Source: a virus
Taxonomy: Duplodnaviria; Caudoviricetes
Direction: 5' to 3' (one strand)
IMG/VR virus record: IMGVR_UViG_3300035670_000198
Coordinates: 1 to 63,922 of that record
Length of the DNA stretch: 63,922 nt
Part shown: piece by piece, positions 50,578 to 61,004 of the stretch
Numbering within the stretch: position 1 is the stretch's first letter
How the letters are laid out: the number at the start of each line of letters is the position of its first letter
Made by a program: the position numbers and the translations under genes
The notes under the pieces: model-generated
The model's input: only the letters and a program-made list of their open reading frames with translations
Databases searched by the model: none
Told to the model about the DNA's origin: nothing

Positions 50578-53500
50578 TTAGTTCCCTGTAAGTGTCACGA
50601 TTTTGAATTTGAGACCACCACCAGCCAAGTTAGGTACAACGTGATATACTGCATTCGTTGTATTGCCATAATATGCTAGATTGATATCGATATAGTTAGA
50701 AATGACAGCATTTACTCTAGCGTTTTGAGACGTTGCTCTCTTCAAGTAAATGACTCCAGATGCATTAGAAGTATATGGAGAGTCGACACTCAATACTGTA
50801 GCATTCGAGATATTTATCACTTGTCTAACCTGGTTTGCGACCATGATGTAGTCGTTAGCCATAAGTTGCGTATCAAAGAGAGTGTTTGTTCCGATGACTG
50901 TTCCGTTATTTGTGAATATCTCAACTGTTCCTGTTTGAGCAGTGTAAACATTAGCAGTTACAATATTCAACGAAACATTATCTCCAGCTCTGACAATTTC
51001 AGAAAGAGTATTCGTATTGCCAGCAACAACTAGGCGAGTATTCGACAAAACTTCCAATGCTTGGATTGTTGAATCACTAGTGAAATTACTATTCACAACG
51101 AAATGCGTACCGTTCGTCACAGAGATAACTTCTCTGACGTCGCTGCCGACGCGAATAATATTATTTTGAGATATAACTGGCTGTTCTGGGTTTGGTGCCA
51201 AGTTTCCTGGATACAATCCATCATATCGCGAATTTGGTAGAGCCATCACTTGATTTCCCGTCGTATTAGACGCACCAAGAATACGAAGGAAGATCGTGTT
51301 ACTTGAAACTAGACCCTGACCTCTATAGACAAAGTCTCCGTAAACTTCTAGTTCTGTGTTACTGTTGATCTTAGAGATCACACCGCTAATTGGCAATCTA
51401 AGCACCTCAGGAACAACGATATCATCTGGATCATCATCCATAATAATCAAGTCGCCGACGTTGACTCTCGTATTAGCATAAAGAGAGACATTGTTTGGAT
51501 CTGGATCCCAAGTTGTAAATGTTCCTGTGACGACGTTTGATCTAGAATTTGCTACTGCAACAGTAGCGGCTGCAGCACCCTCAGTTCTATTTCTAGAAAG
51601 AATTGCAGTCACATTTGAAGAGTACTCAGTGACTCTTTCAATATCGTTTCTTGAAAGAGTTTTCGAAATCATTGCCATTCCCGCAGGGTGAGCAATGTTT
51701 CTAATTGTTGTTTCGTAATCGACTAGATTCTTTTCTGATTCAATGACGTAAGAGAAGTTGTGATAAATCTTACCGTCTTGAAGAACCTTATCAGCGCTGA
51801 CAAAACCATCTGTGTTTAGATAGAATCCATTGAACTCAATCAAACCGTTTGCAAAGAATGCTTTAGCCTTCGCCAAACCGTTACCGTAACGCATTGGATT
51901 TGGTAGACCGTCTGCAATAACTTGAGGTGGATATTGTTCAGGCGCAGGAACATTCATTGAAACATTTGAATTGCAATACACACCATTGGCGCTGATCAAA
52001 TCTGTTGTATTGCTGAATGCTCCAGAATAATCATAAAGTCGTAGAACACCTGTTTCTCTATTGTAAGACTTTACGTTTGCTCTAAATGTAGAGTTAGCAA
52101 TGCTATCTCCTTGATAGACATATTCTGTCTCAGTAAAGACATTTGCTTCTGGGATTGGATTGATCACTGTATCCAAAATCTTCAACGAGACATTTGGAGT
52201 TGCAACGTAATCATAACCTCTATAGATCAATCTCAAATCTTTGATTCTACCGATAGCAGAAGCATTTACAATATTTTCTACTCCATCACCGAACAAATAT
52301 CCGATCAATACAGGCTCAACACCGCTTTGTTTTTCTATAGTTGTGTCAGTTGCAGTTGTTTTGAATTCACTATTGACATATAAATGAGTATTGTTGATAA
52401 CACTCACAACTCTACGAATTTCATTATTGACTCTAATCAATTGACGATTATTAGCCGCAGCGCTACCAGCAAAAGCTGTTCCTGTTCCAATCACTAAATT
52501 GCTACCGACTTGAATATTTGCTGTGCCGCTGAGAGTAGTATATGTTGGAGATTGTCTTGTGACATGAAGATCAGGTCTTGCCAGATAACCCTCACCACGA
52601 TCAGTAATCGCGATTGATGTAATTCTTCCGCCAGAGCCAACTGATTGTACAACTGCAGATCCACCATATCCACGACCATCAAAAGAAATTGTATCACCTA
52701 CAGAATAACCTCTACCACCATCAACAATTCGAATTTGAGCAATCAAGCCTAGATCTTTGAATGTTTGCCAGTGAGTTTTCTTCAACTCTTTTTCATCTTC
52801 GTAACTATACAAAGAAGATAGTTGAGTGTCATAATGAGACTCAATACCTAGTGCTGGTGCTTGTCTAAATCCTGCGCCTCCATTGATCACAGAAATCAAT
52901 GCGATACCACCAGTATTTTCTGTGACATAGTCAAAACATTGGATTAGTTGGCTTTGTGAGTTTGCTGGAACTTGATCATTGACAATTGAGTTGACAATGA
53001 ATACTTTATCCGTGTTCTTAGTTTGCAATTGTGAGCCGCTGAGTGCAGTTGCAACACTATCAACACCCTGAAGTTTGACATCATAAATCAGAATTTCGCC
53101 AGTATTTGCAGAAACGCCACCAACACCGAAAAGGGTATTGTTTGGCGTTGCAACTTTACCAGAGAATCGAGCATCTAGGAAGTTAGTTCCATTTGCCCAA
53201 ATTTGCTCTCCGTTTGCATAGAAATCATCTTTATCTGTTTCTGTGACATTCAATATAACGTTACGATTATTTTGCGTAAACACATCATAATCTGTATCAC
53301 TAATAACAGTATCAGCCATATAATCGATAACGCTGCGATCATATGTAATTGGAATCAAGAAATCTCTTTGGCTATTTGATGATGAGTCTGTTTGATTGAG
53401 AACAGTAACCTGCAAATCAGTGAATAGATTTGCGCGTGGATCATCACCAACGCCACGATAAACAATAACCTCAGTATTTGAATAGAGGCGATATCCGTAT

Positions 53501-54396
53501 CCTGGGAATCTGGTTGTTACCGATTCAATAGAACCGAGCGTAACATTCCCAACAATCGCAACAGCATCATTCGCATCGCCTGTAATACCAAGACCTCCAG
53601 TCATTACAACTGGATCGCCGATATTATAATATAAACCACGTCGTCTTTGTGTTGGATCTGTTTTGATATTAGAATCAATACGGATATTAGAAATTGTGCC
53701 GATAATTCTTTCTAGGAATACACGTTCAACACCGAATTGATCAACATAATCAATACGAATACGTTCGCCGTTATTGAAATATTGTTTTACGTTTGAAACA
53801 TAAATTTCAATAATCTCTTTCCCGTTTGTTTTATCGATAGTTCTATTTGCCGATTCAACTACGCAAGTTGCACCTGATTCAGTGCCAACAATCAAACGTT
53901 TTTCTAATAGATTTACGTCGACGCTTTTATTACTTTCGCTAACTGTAATTCTAAATGCTTTTGGTTTAGCCCACTTGCCGTCTGATGCAATGAGAATTTC
54001 TTCTTTTGGATAAAGAACTTCAATATCCTCAGCGAACAATGCTCTGAATAACCACTTGAGTGATTCGTCGCTGCCTTTTTTGCTATAATATTCTCTTGCG
54101 CTTTTGAGAATCTTTTCTGTACTGAGAGCAGTATTCTCTGGGAAATATGGCAGTATTTCTTGTTTGAAATAACGAATAAACTCATCTGGAGTTTCGTCAA
54201 TATCACGATAGGTATCAATGTTCATTGCATGGTAAACGGTGTTACCTGCTGTGTTAGAAATTCCTGAAGGATTATTGTTTTCTAACCATTGATAATACAA
54301 CTCAACGAAGCGTTGAAACTTCGGATGATCTGCTCTGATGAAATCAGGCAGCTGCGCCTCAATAAGAGCTGATAATGTTTTTTCAGAAACAGCCAT
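50578..54396 (-). CDS. gp7: Baseplate wedge initiator
   Basis: QLPDFIRADHPKF..FVELYYQWLE...YSKKGS..S...LFR...SDGKW...LQDGKIYHNFSYVI...HPAG. Confidence 0.88.
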   Translation of the reverse strand: MAVSEKTLSALIEAQLPDFIRADHPKFQRFVELYYQWLENNNPSGISNTAGNTVYHAMNIDTYRDIDETPDEFIRYFKQEILPYFPENTALSTEKILKSAREYYSKKGSDESLKWLFRALFAEDIEVLYPKEEILIASDGKWAKPKAFRITVSESNKSVDVNLLEKRLIVGTESGATCVVESANRTIDKTNGKEIIEIYVSNVKQYFNNGERIRIDYVDQFGVERVFLERIIGTISNIRIDSNIKTDPTQRRRGLYYNIGDPVVMTGGLGITGDANDAVAIVGNVTLGSIESVTTRFPGYGYRLYSNTEVIVYRGVGDDPRANLFTDLQVTVLNQTDSSSNSQRDFLIPITYDRSVIDYMADTVISDTDYDVFTQNNRNVILNVTETDKDDFYANGEQIWANGTNFLDARFSGKVATPNNTLFGVGGVSANTGEILIYDVKLQGVDSVATALSGSQLQTKNTDKVFIVNSIVNDQVPANSQSQLIQCFDYVTENTGGIALISVINGGAGFRQAPALGIESHYDTQLSSLYSYEDEKELKKTHWQTFKDLGLIAQIRIVDGGRGYSVGDTISFDGRGYGGSAVVQSVGSGGRITSIAITDRGEGYLARPDLHVTRQSPTYTTLSGTANIQVGSNLVIGTGTAFAGSAAANNRQLIRVNNEIRRVVSVINNTHLYVNSEFKTTATDTTIEKQSGVEPVLIGYLFGDGVENIVNASAIGRIKDLRLIYRGYDYVATPNVSLKILDTVINPIPEANVFTETEYVYQGDSIANSTFRANVKSYNRETGVLRLYDYSGAFSNTTDLISANGVYCNSNVSMNVPAPEQYPPQVIADGLPNPMRYGNGLAKAKAFFANGLIEFNGFYLNTDGFVSADKVLQDGKIYHNFSYVIESEKNLVDYETTIRNIAHPAGMAMISKTLSRNDIERVTEYSSNVTAILSRNRTEGAAAATVAVANSRSNVVTGTFTTWDPDPNNVSLYANTRVNVGDLIIMDDDPDDIVVPEVLRLPISGVISKINSNTELEVYGDFVYRGQGLVSSNTIFLRILGASNTTGNQVMALPNSRYDGLYPGNLAPNPEQPVISQNNIIRVGSDVREVISVTNGTHFVVNSNFTSDSTIQALEVLSNTRLVVAGNTNTLSEIVRAGDNVSLNIVTANVYTAQTGTVEIFTNNGTVIGTNTLFDTQLMANDYIMVANQVRQVINISNATVLSVDSPYTSNASGVIYLKRATSQNARVNAVISNYIDINLAYYGNTTNAVYHVVPNLAGGGLKFKIVTLTGN

Positions 54397-54399
54397 AGA

Positions 54400-56469
54400 T
54401 TAGTCTACTACTGGATTGATGATTGTTGCGATACTTGCAGGATCTGTTAGGTCCATCGTTATAATTCTATTTTGTGAAGAGGCAAACACTTTCTTCGAAG
54501 GAGTTGCATGCACGACCATAGTACCAAATGGATCAGAAACAGAAACTGGTTGGAAGTTATTGATTGTAACTTGTCCAGTTAGATAGTCAATTGTTCCAAC
54601 ATTGTCATTGATAGTTTTCTTTACTGGTGAAACATCGTCATAATAATAAATTTTCAAACGACCAGTGCGACCTTCTAGACTTACTCTAAGTTCAGCACCG
54701 ACGCCACCACCATCAACGATTCTTGCACTAGCTGATGTGTAGTTTGCACCTGGATCTGTTACAACAATTTTTCTAATCTGACCGTTTACGATGACAGCCT
54801 CTGCTGTTGCACCATTACCATCACCCTCAATTACAACTTGAGGTGTTGTAACATATCCATTACCAGGAGAAACAACTTCAATTGATTCTACGCCTGTGTA
54901 AGATTGAATAACCTCTTCAATGTAGCAGTCTCTCAAAACGCCAGCAGTATCGAAGTATTGGAATGATGGCGTCACTTTGATATGATTTGCATTCGTTCCT
55001 TGCAACAATTCAGTATTGAAATTTAGAGTATATGATAAAGCGCGTGTGCTGTCTGCAAAGAAACGTTTTTCAAGAGAAACAAACACATCATTACTTACGA
55101 TAGAATTATCGCAGTCATCAATTGCGCGTGAAACCTGAGAAATTCTAAAGATAGAATTGAAACTGTTTAGGTTTTGATTAGCAAAGTTTCGAATAGCAGA
55201 GATAACAGCAGCATCAACTTCGCTTTGCGTCTTATTAGTCTTGGTTGGATCGTACCAAACCTCAGCCTTCACATTGACGTAATTATAATCAGCTGGAACA
55301 TATTCTGGTGTTATAGTAAGAACGCTAAATGGTTTGATGATGTTTTTCTTGACATTTTCAATCTCAGAAGCAGTAATCTCATATCCACCGAGCGGTTTGG
55401 CTGAGAAAAACACTTTACCATAAACTGGTGGAACATTTTCTTCTCCACCCCAAACATTGACTGCTTCAAAATATGGATAATCGCGATTGATCAATGCGAT
55501 ATAATCGTTCTTTGTAACAGCACGATTTTGAGAAATATATGCTTTTGGTGCAGTGAATCTAATTCCCTCAATATCTTCTGCAAGTGCTCCAGAAGAAGAT
55601 TCATTGACTAATGTAATTGCTGTATTTGTTCTAGATAAAATTGTATCTAAAAGTTTGAAGTTTCTGATGCCATTACCACCAGTACCATTGGTAACAATAT
55701 ATGAAACAACTACAATGTTTCCATTAGTAAGTTTTTTTCCAATTACACCATCACCAAAATAAATCTGATACTTTCCGTTCTTATTTTCTTCAAGGTAATA
55801 TACGAGAGCGTCAGAATCTACATCTGTCGCATCTTGAGATAGAATATACGATTCTTGATTTGCGTTCTCTGCAGAAACCTGAACCGAGACTTGAAGTGTT
55901 GTTGTATCAATGTTGGTATCTGGAAGTTCGAAATATTGACGTGGATTAGTTTGTTGGTCGTAAGTGAAGGTCAATCCTGTTGGCAACCCTTCTTTGATTT
56001 CTAAATTCTCCACAGTTATCAAACCAGTCTCAGTATTTTTTCTAGCAACACGACTAGATGGTGTAACAAAAACATAGTTTACTCCATCTTTAGTTTCAGA
56101 AACAAAGCGAGTAAATCTTGGAATTACCACAGCACTATTTGCGTCGTTTTCAACTGGAGTGATGGTGAGATTAATAACAGCGCGAGGCGCAACACGAGAG
56201 CGTGGAGTATAACCTAAAAGTTTAGCATGAGACACGACAGATTTACGAGTCAATGCAGTATCAATGAACATTTCGTTGGCTACCATATTCAAATAGTAAC
56301 CCATGTAATGTGTATTGTATGCTAGAAGATCGAGTAGAACAGACATACCCGAACCTTCAAAATTATAATCGCTAAACTCAGATTGAGATCTTAGATATGA
56401 GCGAAGATTTTCTTTGATTAGATCAAAGTCTAGTTCAGCAACTTTGAGTTTTGCGTCGACATTTGCCAT
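54400..56469 (-). CDS. gp6: Baseplate wedge subunit
   Basis: LDFDLIKENL...FSDYNFEGSGMSVLLDLLAYNTHY...SVVSHAKLLGY...QNRAVTKNDY...WGGEEN.PP.YGKVF. Confidence 0.96.
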   Translation of the reverse strand: MANVDAKLKVAELDFDLIKENLRSYLRSQSEFSDYNFEGSGMSVLLDLLAYNTHYMGYYLNMVANEMFIDTALTRKSVVSHAKLLGYTPRSRVAPRAVINLTITPVENDANSAVVIPRFTRFVSETKDGVNYVFVTPSSRVARKNTETGLITVENLEIKEGLPTGLTFTYDQQTNPRQYFELPDTNIDTTTLQVSVQVSAENANQESYILSQDATDVDSDALVYYLEENKNGKYQIYFGDGVIGKKLTNGNIVVVSYIVTNGTGGNGIRNFKLLDTILSRTNTAITLVNESSSGALAEDIEGIRFTAPKAYISQNRAVTKNDYIALINRDYPYFEAVNVWGGEENVPPVYGKVFFSAKPLGGYEITASEIENVKKNIIKPFSVLTITPEYVPADYNYVNVKAEVWYDPTKTNKTQSEVDAAVISAIRNFANQNLNSFNSIFRISQVSRAIDDCDNSIVSNDVFVSLEKRFFADSTRALSYTLNFNTELLQGTNANHIKVTPSFQYFDTAGVLRDCYIEEVIQSYTGVESIEVVSPGNGYVTTPQVVIEGDGNGATAEAVIVNGQIRKIVVTDPGANYTSASARIVDGGGVGAELRVSLEGRTGRLKIYYYDDVSPVKKTINDNVGTIDYLTGQVTINNFQPVSVSDPFGTMVVHATPSKKVFASSQNRIITMDLTDPASIATIINPVVD

Positions 56470-56862
56470 TTAGCGTACTCTTTCTAAGAAGAATGTTATT
56501 GAGAGAGGTTCTAGAGAATTTCTCAAGAAAAATTTTATAGTTACATCATATCGGTTATCTTCAAAATTCGGAGTTGCAGTCACCTGTTGGACATCAACTC
56601 TAGGTTCGTAATTTCTAAGAGTAAATAAAATCGACTCTTGAATGAGTGATGTACTAATGGTATCCATAGGCTCAAATAGAAATTTCTTCAGATTTGACCC
56701 TAGATCTGGGTTGAATGGTCGTTCATAATGAGAGGTGAGAAGAAGATTACGAATAGATTGGGCAATCGCGTTCTCATTTAGTTTTTTCGACACATCTTTC
56801 GTGACTGGATGAGCCTCGAAATCCAGATCAAAATCGGAATATTTTCTAGTAATAAGAGACAT
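56470..56862 (-). CDS. gp25: Baseplate wedge / sheath initiator
   Basis: HPVTKDV...AIAQSIRNLLLT...ERPFNPDLGS...LFEP...YEPRV. Confidence 0.95.
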   Translation of the reverse strand: MSLITRKYSDFDLDFEAHPVTKDVSKKLNENAIAQSIRNLLLTSHYERPFNPDLGSNLKKFLFEPMDTISTSLIQESILFTLRNYEPRVDVQQVTATPNFEDNRYDVTIKFFLRNSLEPLSITFFLERVR

Positions 56863-56890
56863 CTGTACTCGCGCGCCTTTGGTTATTGAT

Positions 56891-56898
56891 TATTTATG
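56891..56898 (-). promoter_or_regulatory. Late promoter variant (CATAAATA)
   Basis: Upstream of gp25. Confidence 0.6.
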
Positions 56899-58108
56899 CT
56901 GGATCGGGGAGCTCTCCAACAACTCCAGGATATGGATCCACGTAGTTATTTTCGAGATTTTTAGTTACGGATATGCCTGAAAACGAAACATCGAAGTCGA
57001 AAGATATCGTGGTTGGAAATCCGATCAATTTCAAGAATTTGCAAAAATCCATAGTAAACCACTGGAACAGAGCATCTAACCCAATCAACTTGAAAAACTT
57101 ATTGATTTTTGCCATAAACTTCTTTAGAAGATACATTGGCCATTGTTCTGCAAAATGCTGAGCGGCTTCTACATTACGATGAATCTTTTCCTCGTAACTT
57201 GTAACAAATTCGTCTATATCTCCACCAATCAAGTCTAAAAGGGAATACCCGAAAATTTCAATACTCTCGAGTTTCTTTACTATCTCTTTTCGAATTTCGT
57301 TCTTCAATTCTGCAGGGGCATTTTGTATTCTTCGAACCTGCTCATCGATGGCTGATTGAATGATCGATTGAACATCTAGCGTCAAGAGAACTGGAAGAGG
57401 CGGTAGCCCTAAAGTTTCCCAGATGGTATTGAATTTATCGATCAGTTTAGCGATCGCATCGTAGATTATAAGCATAGCAGCATTCTGAAGTCTCGCCATA
57501 ATATAAGAAAATATAATCTCGGCTCTAATCGCTTTAGAATTGACTCCATACCTCAATCCATCGTAAAGCTGGTATGCAGTCGGAAGAATTGAGAATAGAG
57601 GATCCACCTTTTCTACAATTTGCGCTTTCAGTTCTGCTCTGTATGCAGGATTTGAAAACAGCTGTATAATATCGATAGAAATTCCAAGAACTGGGATCGT
57701 AAACGTCAACGGTATAACATTACTGATAATCTCGATAATTTTCGCTTGAATGAATAGATGGTACTCTTGACAAAGTGCGGTGATCCTTCTTTCCCATTCT
57801 TTGTCTGGAATACTCACGCCTTTATAAACTGGATTAGATACAGAGACAGGATAGTTCCCTAAAATTTTTTCTATACTTCTAATGATCGATCGAACCTGTT
57901 CGATTCTCTTTTGTATCGGTTCTATTTGTTCTAAAATTCTTCTTCGCGCCTCATCCTCGGCTTGAAGTGCAGCTTCTCTTACTAGTTTTTCTATTTCAAC
58001 CTGAAGAACAGATGGAAGATTGGCGACTTGAACAAACAAGTTAGTCAGTGCCGCTTTCGTTGGCAGCATTGTACCTTCACATGGAATGGATAAACTAATC
58101 GCCATCAC
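56894..58108 (-). CDS. Hypothetical helical protein (404 aa)
   Basis: Long ORF coupled to gp5; no recognised motif. Confidence 0.75.
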   Translation of the reverse strand: MMAISLSIPCEGTMLPTKAALTNLFVQVANLPSVLQVEIEKLVREAALQAEDEARRRILEQIEPIQKRIEQVRSIIRSIEKILGNYPVSVSNPVYKGVSIPDKEWERRITALCQEYHLFIQAKIIEIISNVIPLTFTIPVLGISIDIIQLFSNPAYRAELKAQIVEKVDPLFSILPTAYQLYDGLRYGVNSKAIRAEIIFSYIMARLQNAAMLIIYDAIAKLIDKFNTIWETLGLPPLPVLLTLDVQSIIQSAIDEQVRRIQNAPAELKNEIRKEIVKKLESIEIFGYSLLDLIGGDIDEFVTSYEEKIHRNVEAAQHFAEQWPMYLLKKFMAKINKFFKLIGLDALFQWFTMDFCKFLKLIGFPTTISFDFDVSFSGISVTKNLENNYVDPYPGVVGELPDPA

Positions 58109-59703
58109 TAACCACCAGAAGTATTAGAACTGGTTCTTTGTGAAGTAATTTGTACTTCTTGTAGAGTTTCGGTTTTCGGGAATATTCGTTTACCAATAGT
58201 TGTAACGATTTCTCTCACTTTACTTGCTGCTTTCAGATCTGGATCAACATTGAATTCAATATTTTTCTCAGCAGACTTCTCTGCAACTATATCAATTTTA
58301 CCAATTAGATTATCCTTCAAGTCAGTTCGAAGATTCAAGATCTCTCCTTTCTTCTCATTGATACTTACTTCGAAATCAGCGACCTTTTGAGCCAATTCGC
58401 CAAGTGGCAGTTTATCAGTAAATCCTGAAATAACTTTGTCTGCCATCTGACCCAAGTTTTTGAATGTGTTACCGAGAGACGATGTAATGCCGCTCAGCGC
58501 CTTACCAAGACCTGAGCCGCTGGTATCAATTTTTCTACCTGTTACAGTCACTTCCTCAAGTCCATCAGATACTGCCATGGAAGTTGATGTTGCGGCATTT
58601 GTATTTGCTGCTTCTGATGCATCTTCGGTAGATGGTGCTGAACCGCCACCAGACAAACCAGTGCCAGAGGCTGATGTGGCAGAACCAGATTGCATATTGA
58701 TCTGAGCAGCAGGAATATCAACAACGTCACCTTGAAGCGCAGCAGTCGCACCTTTCAAACTCAACTTCTTATTGGCTGTTAGGTTTGCAACACCCAAGGC
58801 ATTGATGTTCATATCAGAAGTCGACTCAGCATAGAACTTCTTGCTCTTCATACGAATATCGCCAGTTACAGAAAGATTATAATTTCCTGCAACCTCGATG
58901 TTCATATTGCCGCCAACTTTTAGATTACAATCACCGCCTACTGTGACTGAACACTTACCGTCGATGTAAACGTAATCTGAACCCATGATCACAGTGTAAT
59001 GATCTTTCTGGACTCTTTCTACGCGATTACCATCGGCATCAATCTCGAGATAAGATCCATTTCTGTGGGCGAGATGTACTCGTTCTTTTCCTGGCGTATC
59101 GTCAAACTCTAAAGCATGTCCTGATTCAGTTTCGAGAGCATTGTTGTAAGGATACTTCGGACTGAATGATGATGGCGGCTCGCTCCAAGTCACACCGCCA
59201 GCAGATTTGATATTCTTCTTTAGATTTTTCTTTCTTGTGGCTATGATCGTCGCGTCGGCTCTGCCTCTAGCCAATCTACTTGTCGTTGGTTCTTTTAGAT
59301 ACTTTGATTTTGGATATGTTTCTTCAGCATCGTCTGGTTTCTTCGGACGACCACTCAAGTTTCCAGGATCACTGAATCCAAATTGACCATTTGGTTTCTT
59401 GTCGGGTTTTCCTGGAAGAACGCCCATGATCGCAGGGTTTTGTGCGTTGTCGCCGTCAATAAAGAATCCAAAGACCATATCACCTTCTTTTGGTGTATAT
59501 GAATTAGGATTATTGATCGGAATGACTGGGTGTGCCCAAGGTAGAGCGTCAGTCGGAATCTTTTCTTTCTTTTCTGTGTGCCAGCCGAAGCAGCGAACAC
59601 GGACACGACCAAGTTGCTCTGGATCATTGCGGTCTTCAACAACCCCAATCCACCAGATAAAACCCTCAAGTCCAATAAAATTTTTCTTTGCTCCTGGCAT
59701 CAC
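58108..59703 (-). CDS. gp5: Baseplate hub / central spike, without lysozyme domain
   Basis: WWIGVVEDRNDP..LGRVRVR...LPWA (OB fold); YPYN...ESGH..EFDDTPGKER...H..G; beta-helix repeats. Confidence 0.93.
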   Translation of the reverse strand: MMPGAKKNFIGLEGFIWWIGVVEDRNDPEQLGRVRVRCFGWHTEKKEKIPTDALPWAHPVIPINNPNSYTPKEGDMVFGFFIDGDNAQNPAIMGVLPGKPDKKPNGQFGFSDPGNLSGRPKKPDDAEETYPKSKYLKEPTTSRLARGRADATIIATRKKNLKKNIKSAGGVTWSEPPSSFSPKYPYNNALETESGHALEFDDTPGKERVHLAHRNGSYLEIDADGNRVERVQKDHYTVIMGSDYVYIDGKCSVTVGGDCNLKVGGNMNIEVAGNYNLSVTGDIRMKSKKFYAESTSDMNINALGVANLTANKKLSLKGATAALQGDVVDIPAAQINMQSGSATSASGTGLSGGGSAPSTEDASEAANTNAATSTSMAVSDGLEEVTVTGRKIDTSGSGLGKALSGITSSLGNTFKNLGQMADKVISGFTDKLPLGELAQKVADFEVSINEKKGEILNLRTDLKDNLIGKIDIVAEKSAEKNIEFNVDPDLKAASKVREIVTTIGKRIFPKTETLQEVQITSQRTSSNTSGG

Positions 59704-61004
59704 TTACCCTTCTTTGATAATCTATTCAACCCTTCCTTGGCACCTGGAACTTCCTCAGCATAAGAATCAGAGACCAATTCAGCAATTGTTTCAAACACAT
59801 CTTCTGAAAATTTATGGTTTACTGCTGCAACAAGATATCTACCTGTTCGTTTTTTATCTAATTTTTTACCTTGCTTTGATGCAGACTCAAACATAGGGAA
59901 CTCATAATTCACAATATCTCCAGCTTTCATTTCAATATCACCTGGAAGTGTTACTCTAATTCTAAAGTGATTGAGCATAATCATATGCATTGCTCGTGGT
60001 AACATCCAGTTTTTTATATCGTTACTTTTCTCGGATGCAGTATCATTGATTGCCAAATGAGTTCTAAAAAATGAGTCTTTTGATTGGAATAATGTTTGAT
60101 TTTTAGAATTTCTGAAACTGTTTACTGGCTTATGTTTGTTGATCAGATTTTGTTGGGCTTCTGCAACAGTCAAATCATAATCTGCAAAACTAAAGTTTTG
60201 ATTGAATAAATCAATCATCAACAAACGAGAGGCAAATGCTCCATTTGAAATAGAGTTCAACATATCAAAATCATTTATAATATCTAAGTTATCGATAGAG
60301 TCTTTGTTGTTTGCTGGATCTCTATCTGAATTTTTCAATTCATATTTTAGAGTTTTATATGGCTTTTGTTTGATTAGAGTTTGCAAAGAAGTCAAATTGA
60401 AACCGTTCTTATTTTCGAAGAAGAAATAACAGAACTTCTTTTGATCATACGCTCTTGCAGTCACCCATTGTATTGCTTCGAGTGGTCTGTAATTTGGGAT
60501 AATAAAATCAAAACTGCCAGAAGTTTGTTCTAGAGAGGCAATTCTACTTGGTTCTGTTACAAGTTCTTTGAGAAGAATATCGGCTACCACATCTCTAACT
60601 TTGACAGACTTGTATGATTTACTAACCAAGATTTGCTGAGAAGAGATCATCTCATCTGAGCAGAAGTGTAAGAGATACGTTTGACCAGAATCGGTTGACG
60701 GAGCTCTTTTAGATGCTTTGAATATGCGAAATATTCTTTCAAGAGGTCTATTGAGACCTGGTTTATCAACGCTAATTTTTAGATACTCATTACCCACCAA
60801 ATAAAAATTACAAAACACATCATTACCATCATTGATGAGTATCTCGCCATACATGACGCTAGAATACAGATCTTGGAATATTTGTAATTCAACAAATATT
60901 TTTCGTAGATCTAAAGTTTGTCCGCCTGAATTTATTAGTTCTAAAGAATTGAATTTGAAATCTTTAGAACCAAACATTCCATCAGCATTACTGAGTTCAG
61001 CCAT
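59700..61004 (-). CDS. Baseplate hub protein (gp27-like)
   Basis: IFQDLYS..MYGEILIND...FIIPNYRP..AI...FFFEN..GFN...LPGD..M.AGD...TGRYLV..VNH; between gp53 and gp5. Confidence 0.75.
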   Translation of the reverse strand: MAELSNADGMFGSKDFKFNSLELINSGGQTLDLRKIFVELQIFQDLYSSVMYGEILINDGNDVFCNFYLVGNEYLKISVDKPGLNRPLERIFRIFKASKRAPSTDSGQTYLLHFCSDEMISSQQILVSKSYKSVKVRDVVADILLKELVTEPSRIASLEQTSGSFDFIIPNYRPLEAIQWVTARAYDQKKFCYFFFENKNGFNLTSLQTLIKQKPYKTLKYELKNSDRDPANNKDSIDNLDIINDFDMLNSISNGAFASRLLMIDLFNQNFSFADYDLTVAEAQQNLINKHKPVNSFRNSKNQTLFQSKDSFFRTHLAINDTASEKSNDIKNWMLPRAMHMIMLNHFRIRVTLPGDIEMKAGDIVNYEFPMFESASKQGKKLDKKRTGRYLVAAVNHKFSEDVFETIAELVSDSYAEEVPGAKEGLNRLSKKGK

